A DNA stretch of 64,000 bases from NCBI GenBank assembly GCA_021613535.1, contig CP075492.1, positions 4,278,001-4,342,000 of the forward strand. Direction: 5' to 3'. Numbering within the stretch: the first letter of the stretch is position 1; each line of letters starts with the position of its first letter. This DNA comes from Adineta vaga (lineage: Eukaryota > Animalia > Rotifera). Both the position numbers and the translations under genes were made by a program. Of the stretch, positions 55,055-64,000 are shown one piece after another. The notes under the pieces were generated by a model, which had not been told where the DNA came from, did no database searches, and saw nothing but the letters and a program-made list of their open reading frames with translations.

Positions 55055-58000
55055 ATGGATAACAGTCGATCGCAAGATCCTCTGTCAACGATTACCATCG
55101 TCAATGATGGTCTCGTACAAAAATCGATGGATGAACATATCGAACAAGATATTGAATCAGCTGATATTATTTCAGCAAATCTTTCTGAATCGAAACCTAA
55201 TGATTTTCATATCCTTTCCCTTCATGATTTATTTATTCAATTCCAAACAAACCAAAATCATGGATTATCGACCGATCAAGTTCTTCAACTTCGAAAACAA
55301 CATGGTGAAAATAAATTAGCTCCTCCTAAAAAACCCAATTATATTTGGATATTTTTCTCTCAATTATTAACTGGCTTTAACATCTTCTTGTGGATTGCAG
55401 CTATATTTGCTTTTCTTGCTTGGAAACCATTTGGTGAACCTGATCCTCAAATAGCTAATCTTGCATTAGGCATTGTTTTATGTTTGATTATCTTTCTAAA
55501 TGGTACTCTCGATTCCTATCAAGTAATTAAATCAATTAAAATTGTTGCATCATTTGCAAATCTTCTTCCAACATTGACAACTGTACGACGTGATGGAGTT
55601 GAACAACAGATCGTTGCAGAAAATCTCGTTCCAGGTGACATCGTACTTATTCGGATGGGTGAAAAACTGCCAGCAGACTTACGTATTATTGCTTGTGATA
55701 GTTTGAAGGTACGTTTTTTTTATTCATATTGAATCTACAAGAACTATTGTCGTTTCAGGTGAACAATGCAAACTTAACAGGTGAATCTAAAGCAATTTCA
55801 TGTATGGTTGAATGTACACATACAACGATGTTAGAATCAAAAAATATCGTTTATTGTTCTTCAATGATTGAACAAGGTACTGGAGAAGGTGTCGTTATTG
55901 CTATTGGAGATCAAACAATGATTGGTCGTATGTCAAAACTTACACAAGGAAATGGTGGAGATGAAATAACAGGTAAATTTAGATTCTATCAATAATAAAA
56001 TAGATTGATTCATCTTTTAATTTAAGGACTTCATCGTGAATTCAATCGTTTTTTATTATTTGTTTGTATTGGTACAGTTATTGCTGTAGCTATCTTATGG
56101 ATTACTTGGGGTGTATGGCTTCAACGAGATCATCCAACATTTGTTACTTACAATAATAATATTGTTAACTCTGTCGGAATGATTGTTGCTTTTCTTCCTG
56201 TTGGTCTTCCATCATGTGTAACATTTGGTAAGAGAATAATCGATAAAATCCTGTTTCATTTCTTTCTTTGATTTCGTATCATTGATTGCATTTGTTTTTA
56301 GTACTAACAATTGTTGCGAAAAGAATGTATCGACAAAAGGTTCTCGTAAAAAGTCTTCAAATAGTCGAAACATTTAATTCAGTTTCTGTTATTGCAACAG
56401 ATAAGACAGGAACTTTAACACAAAATCAAATGACTGTTACACATCTTCTCTGGGATTTGGATGGAATTTTCACTATTTCCAATATTCAATCTGGAGAACA
56501 ACCGTCTCCGCGAGAAGAACAAACTACGAATGCTATAGAATTAATTGAACGTCGAGCATCGAATGCAGCGAATGTATCCATTGAAGTTATTCGTGATCTT
56601 TTCCTTGGTGCATGTTTGTGTAATAATGCTGAAGTACAACTTGTTGCTGATGTTGAACTTGGTGGCGATGCTGCTGATATAAAACGTGAAGCTAAAATTG
56701 TTGGAGATGCTGCTGATACTGCTCTGTATAAGATGTGTAGCGATGCTTGTCAAATTAACATGATAGAAACACGTTCAAAAAATCATCGTTTACATGTTCT
56801 TCCATTCAATTCAAATATGAAATTAATGATATCAGCAAATACATTAGAACATGATCCATCTAAAGTTTTGATTTTAATGAAAGGTGCACCTGATTTTGTT
56901 ATACAACGTTGTTCAACATACAAAACAAAACATGGAAATATTGAATTACTAACATCTGATATTCAACAAATGATTATTCAACGACAAGAAACATTTGGAA
57001 AAGATGGTTATAGACTTATTGCTTTATGTCAACAAACACTTGAAGAAAATGATTTCAATGAACACTTTAATTTACATCGTAGTGATGATTTACATGGATT
57101 TCCTCCAAATAATTATACATTTATTGGTCTATTTGCATTGATTGATCCACCGCGCGCTGAAGTTCCAGATGCTGTTTTGAAAGCTCGTCATGCTGGTATA
57201 CGAGTGGCTATGGTCACGGGAGATCATCCAACTACAGCGAAATCTATTGCTAATCAAGTGAATATTTTCTCACCGGAAATTTCCATCAATAATGGCCTTG
57301 ATATATTCAAATCAAAACAAGATAACAATGGAAAAATAACTATTGATCTCTTTCGTAATGATCGTTTATTAGAAAAACATGAAGTTGTTCAAGTAACAAA
57401 ACTTAATTTAAATATTGGAGAAAATAATCATGAAGATGCTAGAATACTTCCATGGTATAAACGTATGATTGCTTCATGTAAAAATCAATTTAGAGATCCT
57501 GTTAGTGAGAATAAAAATGAAAGTATTAATCGAATGAATTATATTCCATATAGTATTATTGTAAGTTTAACAGTTACATCATTGATTATCGATATTTCAT
57601 TCTATCACATAGGTAACGGGACGTGAAATTGAAAATATGGATGACTATATGTGGGATTGGGTTTTATCTCATCAAGAAATAGTATTTGCTAGAACATCAC
57701 CCGAACAAAAACTATGCATTGTCACAGAATTTCAACGTCGCGGCGAAATTGTTGCTGTAACTGGTGATGGAACAAATGATGCACTTCCATTAAAATATGC
57801 ACATCTCGGAGTAGCAATGCAATCAGGTACAGATGTATCGAAAGATGCTGGTGATATGATATTACTTGATAATAATTTTTCATCGATTATTCGAGCAATT
57901 AAAACAGGTCGACTAGTCAGCGATAATTTGAAGAAAGTTGCGATACATTTACTTCCAGGAGGTATATATTTGAATATTTAAAATAAATTTCACTAAATAT

Positions 58001-58787
58001 TCGGCAATTTAGGATCATGGTCACAAATTTGGCCAATATTTTTTAATTTATGGTTTGGTATGCCATTAGCATTATCGGCTATTTTGGCAATTACATTCTG
58101 TATGGTCAATGGTAAACAATATCTTTCTAAAATTTCATTTTTTTCAATCAGTTTTTCTGTTCTACTTTAGATGTATTTCTTTCATTGGCAATGGCAAATG
58201 AAAAACCTGAACGCGATATCATGTCTCGTCCACCATCAATACGTTCAAAAGATCGCATGCTTAATTTACGTTTATTATTTCATGCTTTCATGCTTGCTGG
58301 TAATGCTGCAACATTTGTCGGCTTTTTTAGCTATTGTTATTATTGGATTGATAATGGTGTACCATTTTATTCATTTATGTTTACATTCGAACATTTTGGT
58401 AAAGATCCTCCTTTAACACAATCATCTGCGGAACTTCGACGAATGACATCAACCGCGCAAAGTGCTTACTATTGTTCGACATGTGTTTTTCAAATGATAA
58501 ATTTTTTTTGCACAAGAACACGTTATGCATCAATTATTCAACACAATCCATTCTGGGGTAAAAGTCGAAATTGGTATGTTTTCTTAGCTATTGTAGCATC
58601 AACTGGTGTACAATTACTTGTTACACGTGTCGTTTGGTTTAATAATACATTTGACACTCAACCAATACCTGTCAAATATATTTTACCAACGATTGGTTTT
58701 AGTATACTTTGGCTTCTTATTGATGAATTACGAAAATTATGTGTGCGAAAATGGCCAAAAGGTTTCCTTGCAAAAATTGCTTGGTGA
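55055..58787 (+). CDS. P-type ATPase, type IIC-like (Na+/K+ or H+/K+ ATPase alpha-like, divergent), multi-exon
   Basis: LTGES, DKTGTLT, KGAPD, DPPR, MVTGDH, FARTSPEQK, VTGDGTND, ILLDNNF, DELRK. Confidence 0.92.
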
Positions 58788-59472
58788 AATCAATTTAATA
58801 GTGACTATAACACTAGATCTACTAATTTCACTTAGTTTAGATACTAACTATACTAATAATCTCATATTCGATGTTTCGTTCAATATATTCATTTATCAAT
58901 AAATTCCAATTTATTGTAGAAAACATTCTTACTACTACAAGTGAATCTTTGCTATTTGTAATTCAACGGTAGAACAAATTAAATTTGATCTGATGTACAT
59001 TCAAAGTCTCAGCAATGATGCGATACTGTTCATCACAAATCACTCACTGTGTATCTTCGACAAGAAGAAAAAGAAAAAAACGCTTAATGGAATATTTCAA
59101 GATTAAGAGATAAACATTACTTGACCAAGCTTTCATATCCAATGAATCGCTCTCCGTTTACTTGGACTAGCTGGTATTGTAACCAGTCTAGCATTTATTA
59201 CTATGATTTTTCTCATACTTGTATAAATTCGTTGTCTTCGTCTGACAATTATGAAAGCACATATCAATTCAAAAATACAAGAAAAAAAATGAAGAGATTG
59301 GTTTTTAATTAAATCATTTCGAAAAGTACAGAGTATAATTGAAGATTAAAAAATGTACTTAAATTCCTTTTTTTTTCTTCGTGTTTGTCTCACCTGGATT
59401 TTAATCGCCCCCCAAATTTTTTTTTGTGTTTAAAAGGCAGAAGAATAATAACAATAAATTACATTTTCCAAA

Positions 59473-60465
59473 ATGATGCGTACACAATATCTCTTACTCC
59501 TTTCTATTATCTCATGTTTATCATTTCATCATGCAGTCCTTTCTCTCCCAACTACTGCTGATGGTATTTGTGCTGGTGCAACATGGAATCGAAATGGTAT
59601 CACTGTTGCTGGAGGACACTATCTTGGATCGGCATTGAATCAACTTAATTATCCAAATGGTTTATATGTTGATGGTCGTGCTATCTATGTTGCTGATACA
59701 AATAATCGTCGAATTGTTAGATGGGCATTTGGTGCTATTAGTGGTGAAGTTATCGTTAATGGTAATGATCAAATTAATGGTAGTAAATCATTAGGTCAAC
59801 CAACAAAAGTTGTCGTTGGTCAAGATGAAACTTTGTATGTTTGTGATCGTGATAATATGAGAGTATTACGATATCGAAAAGGTGATAGACAAGGTCAAGT
59901 AATTATGGAAAATATTTCATGTTGGGGATTGGCGGTTGATAATCAAGGATCAGTGTATGCTTCGGATTTAGAAGCAAATCTTGTAAAGAAATGGCCTGGT
60001 AATACTATCGTCGCTGGTGGTAATGGTAAAGGTAATGCATTGAACCAACTTTCAGCTCCTTACAATATATTTGTTGATGAAACTCAAACAATTTTCATCG
60101 TTGATCGTGGTAACAATCGTATTATGAAATGGGCTGCTGGTGCTAAAGAAGGTCAACTTGCTACTGAAAGTAAAGGATTTGGCAATGCTGATGATCAACT
60201 CTATAAACCTATGGGTGTTACTGTTGATGAAATGCGTAGTGTTTATGTCGTTGAATATATCAATACACGAGTTGTTCGTTGGTTAGACAATGCTCAAGCT
60301 GGTAAAGTTATCATCGGTGGACCAGGTTATGGTAGCTCCGCTACTCAATTGTACTTTCCACGTGATGTTGTATTTGATCGACATGGAAATTTGTATGTTG
60401 CTGATACAAACAATCATCGTATTCAAATGTATCCTATTGATAAAAGTGCTTGCACTTCAGGTTAG
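59473..60465 (+). CDS. Secreted NHL-repeat (beta-propeller) protein, intronless
   Basis: Signal peptide; repeats GSALNQLNYP..IYVADTNNRRI, GNALNQLSAP..DRGNNRI, QLYFP..LYVADTNNHRIQ. Confidence 0.92.
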   Translation: MMRTQYLLLLSIISCLSFHHAVLSLPTTADGICAGATWNRNGITVAGGHYLGSALNQLNYPNGLYVDGRAIYVADTNNRRIVRWAFGAISGEVIVNGNDQINGSKSLGQPTKVVVGQDETLYVCDRDNMRVLRYRKGDRQGQVIMENISCWGLAVDNQGSVYASDLEANLVKKWPGNTIVAGGNGKGNALNQLSAPYNIFVDETQTIFIVDRGNNRIMKWAAGAKEGQLATESKGFGNADDQLYKPMGVTVDEMRSVYVVEYINTRVVRWLDNAQAGKVIIGGPGYGSSATQLYFPRDVVFDRHGNLYVADTNNHRIQMYPIDKSACTSG

Positions 60466-60968
60466 TTAAAAAGTAATTACTAGAGATTTTTCATATGTTT
60501 TATTTCTTACTAGTTTAATTGGAGTACAAAGCAAATTACATCAATCGAACACGACACAACCAAAACGATTCATGTTATTATCCTTTCAATGTTTGTCAGT
60601 GTATCATTTTAAGATATTTTAAATTGAATAAAATCCTTTCCTAATATCATATTTTCTTGATATTAACGATACGATGAAATGTTTGCGTTGACATTCTCTC
60701 TTTATACTTCGACAACATAATTTATTTATAACTTCCGGGGAAAAAAAGCTTTCATTTATTGCCAATAGATGATTAAAAAGTATCGTAGCCATCAAAATGG
60801 ATCAATATAAATTGATATTTTTTCTCAGAAGTACTCAGTAAGAAAAGTAATGAAACTAAATAGGTCATTGTGTTTTTCAAAGAATATTGTAAAAGATATG
60901 CATTCTATTCAAGTTTATTATAGAGAATCATCGTCCAAAATAAACAGTAATTTTAATATTCAATCAAA

Positions 60969-61881
60969 TTATTTATCAAGAGCAGCACGAAAATCATTCA
61001 TAGAAAAATTTGGATCTGGTTTACGTCCAGCAGGTACTGCAGCTTCTTTATGTCCTAATACACGTGAAGTTGGAACAGCATAAGCAGCTTGAAGAGCTTT
61101 AACACCACGAATATAACTTTGATATTGTACTTCGGGCCAACTAGCATGTCCAGTATTTGTTGATGGAAGACCTGTACCTTCAGCTTCAATGCCGACTGCA
61201 TTGGAATTTCCAAATATGGAATTATCAATTGTTTCACCAGCATGGTATGAACGACCGGCAGCAATGACATACCATTTTCCAGTACGACCTAAACCGAGTT
61301 GTGAAAGTGGACCAGGGAGATCTGTTCGTCCATCGCGAACAACTCTCAAGGAAGGAAAATCACCTGTAGCTGGACCTGCTGTATGGTGAACTAAAATACC
61401 TTTAACAGAAGCCATTATTCCATGACCACGTGTTTTCCAACCGTCAACTTCTTCAACGTCAAGACCAGCTCCACGAAGAATATCAGCTAAATCTGTTAAC
61501 ATTCGATTAGTTGGTGTTTTACCACTAACTGGTACTGATGTAGAACCCATTTTACAACATTGCATATTTGATGCACCTGCACAAATACCAGAATGAGGTA
61601 CACCACCTCGACTTGTACAAGTGGCTGCATCCATACAAGTTGAACTAGAAACAATAGAATAAATAGAAATATAATTAGTAAAAAGTAAATTTGTCTTACC
61701 ATGAACAACATTGAATATTGCCAGCACCACTGCAAAGACCTCGCTGAGCACTTCCACCTTTAGTTGCACATAAACTAGAATCTATGCAAGCATTTGTAGA
61801 CCAACAGCCTGCACTATATGCTGCTCTTACGTAGATAAAAGCAAGACAAGTAACAATAGCTAACGAACGTATACCAGACAT
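60969..61881 (-). CDS. Secreted Amidase_2 peptidoglycan amidase, copy 2, with two N-terminal Cys-rich repeats; 2 exons, 285 aa
   Basis: Exon 61881-61700, 55-nt GT-AG intron 61699-61645, exon 61644-60969; VHHTAG, VGIEAE, GHKE, RKPDP. Confidence 0.92.
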
Positions 61882-62384
61882 TCTTTCAATTCAATAATTT
61901 GCAAAAATCAAAACACAACGAAATATATATACTAATCAAATGACAGTCTGAATTGTTCTCTTCTATATCAAGAAAATATGTATGTAAAGCTTCTGAAAAA
62001 TGATGTGGAATGCATATCAATAACAAAAAACAAAGGATTAATACTCAAAAATATAAAGATTAATACGAAGTGATATCTTAATTTCATCTGTAATTCAACA
62101 ATCCACACCTATTAATGTAAAAAAGCGAATGTGTGATAGCATTGATCTATTTTTATTTCAAGAAATCTTAAGGTGATATGAAGAGATTAATCTTTTCATC
62201 AGTCAATCAATCAATCAATAGTATCAGCAATAAAATAGAAGTAAATGATCTGTTTTTTCTTTCATACTCTGCTCAATAGTCTTTTTTTATTAGTTCGTTA
62301 ACAGACAGACAAAATAAGTAAATAAATTGAGTATATATGTTCTTTTATTTGATTGAGAATTAATATTGGTCGTTGTTGAACTTA

Positions 62385-62693
62385 TCAACGAGTACGAATA
62401 AGTGCAGGAAAAGCAATTGTGTATGCTGAACGACCACCATGATGAAATTTCGCCCATTTCTTTTCTATATCTCGTTTACCATGTACAATTTCATCATCCA
62501 TCATATAATCATCACTATATTGAGGATTAATCCAATAATGATTGGAACCCAAACCAGCTCGTTCAAGAGAAATTATATCCGATAATCTGTTATTGTCTGA
62601 TGCAAGATCTAATGATGATAAGGGTATTCCATTGATTGTATTTAGATAGATCAATGTTGTAAACATTAAGCATAAGTAAATATAAGTTGACAT
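62385..62693 (-). CDS. Putative neuropeptide/peptide hormone precursor
   Basis: Signal peptide, acidic spacer, GKR and KK cleavage sites, C-terminal WAKFHHGGRSAYTIAFPALIRTR. Confidence 0.6.
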   Translation of the reverse strand: MSTYIYLCLMFTTLIYLNTINGIPLSSLDLASDNNRLSDIISLERAGLGSNHYWINPQYSDDYMMDDEIVHGKRDIEKKWAKFHHGGRSAYTIAFPALIRTR

Positions 62694-63636
62694 ACTTTTT
62701 CTATCTATGTGTGTATGTTATCAAGATGTGTGAAATGTGAGAAATGAACGAACAGAGAGAAAGAGAGTGAGAGAGAGAGAAGGAAAACGAAGAAAATCAT
62801 GTTTCCGCTTCATGTTAAATCGGACAGAGATACAAGAGAAAAAGAGCGGGGGAAGATACTTGAATTTTAATATGATGGTTATCTAAAAAGAAGAGAATGT
62901 ACCGAATAGAAATAAGTTTTTAGTTAGTATAATCGAAAGAACAACATCTGAGTACAATCATCAATCTTGTTCATTGATTCATCAACAGACAAGCATAAAA
63001 AATCAACGAATTGGAAAATTAATCATTTCAAATTTTTGTTATTTTATCGACTCAAATTTCATCAGATTTTCTTCGAAACAAATAGACAGTAAAAGATATG
63101 TATATTCCAGATAATCTGTACGATATTATTAACTATGATTTTGTCTGAATAATTATTTTCTGTTCGAGAATTTATTGGCCTAGATTAATATATTCAATGC
63201 AGGAAAACATGTTGACATATTCAAAATATTAATAGAATGCTTAATGATGAATAGACTATTAACGTATTGACAATTTCTTTCTCTCTTTTTTTTTCGTGTT
63301 TTATAGGATGAACACGTCTGTTCGAAAAATTGGATTATTTTGATTCTATTTCAACAAATCTTTTGTTAAAAAGACAAACTCTATTTTGTCAATTAGCAAA
63401 CATCACGTAAACATCACGTAGATAGACAAAAGTTTCATTCAAAATAGTTATAGACAAATTTCGTCGATCAAAACCGATTAGTATAAGTGTTTGAATAGAT
63501 GTCACTGTTGAACTAGGTTACCAATATAGAGGTATCAATTAAACAGATAAATTGATTTTGTTCATTCTTAATTGTTTGACATGATATTAAACAATCAATT
63601 TCTAATGATTTTCATAGTGTAATTGAAAACTTCTTT

Positions 63637-63649
63637 GTTGCTAAGTAAC
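63637..63649. promoter_or_regulatory. RFX X-box upstream of ciliary gene SPEF2
   Basis: GTTGCTAAGTAAC, ~110 nt upstream of ATG 63759, matches the imperfect GTNRC..RYAAC X-box palindrome. Confidence 0.65.
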
Positions 63650-63758
63650 TTAATGTAACAAGTAAAAGCAAATGGTAATAATGTTTAACAACAGACTTTC
63701 TGTTTAAAAATATGTAATCATTTGTATTCGAATCGAGTAACGATTCATATAGAGAACT

Positions 63759-64000
63759 ATGGCTGAAATTCTAATCGATTGGCTTAATGATGATGTTCAA
63801 TTATCAAAAAAAATCGGTAGAAAACTTCTTTTAAAAAAAAAGAAACATTTTCTTTACAAGTATTTATATAGAGTCCACTCAGAGTTTAGCCGGTAACTTT
63901 GCTACAGGTTATTTGGTCGGTGAAATTCTTTCCAAATATGGTTTACAACAAGATTTCCCTCAGTTTAGTACTAGCAAGTCAGTATAATCAAACAAAATTT
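63759..64000 (+). CDS. SPEF2: Sperm flagellar protein 2 (N-terminal CH domain), 3'-partial
   Basis: MAEILIDWLNDDVQLSKKI | ESTQSLAGNFATGYLVGEILSKYGLQQDFPQFS resembles the SPEF2 N-terminus (MSEILCQWLN..FSSGYLLGEVL). Confidence 0.85.

Noticed and set aside
61645-61769. N-terminus of the 266-aa ORF as given in the track
   Set aside because: It reads through an intron in the wrong frame; the real start is ATG 61881.
1-64000. Bacterial contig/contaminant, CRISPR array, rRNA or tRNA
   Set aside because: Spliceosomal introns and metazoan genes occur throughout; the bacterial-like genes have host-like AT-rich codons and some have introns; no repeat-spacer array or RNA gene was recognised.

Overview
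AT-rich eukaryotic DNA with many short (~50-65 nt) GT-AG introns. The gene content (NHL-repeat, tandem ADP-ribosyltransferase, Apple/PAN, LDLa-type and non-metazoan-looking enzymes) strongly suggests a bdelloid rotifer; this is an inference. Core metazoan genes are MLCK, AGXT2, G-alpha-o-like, LASP1, Nup93 and SPEF2, plus an ankyrin protein. They are interleaved with two accessory islands. Island 1 (~4.7-17.5 kb) holds an AS-family amidase, decayed fragments, an intronless 2199-aa SIR2-NACHT-helical-repeat STAND protein resembling bacterial antiviral NLR-like defence proteins, and a co-oriented tandem R-S-ExE ADP-ribosyltransferase split by two compensating frameshifts. Together the last two form a candidate NAD-centred immune cassette. 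Island 2 (~42-62 kb) holds an Lsi2/ArsB transporter, an SDR, a P-type ATPase lacking the canonical ion-binding Glu, an NHL protein, and two paralogous secreted actinobacterial/phage-type peptidoglycan amidases, one with an intron and Cys-rich modules. Family assignments come from motif recognition only; no searches were run.
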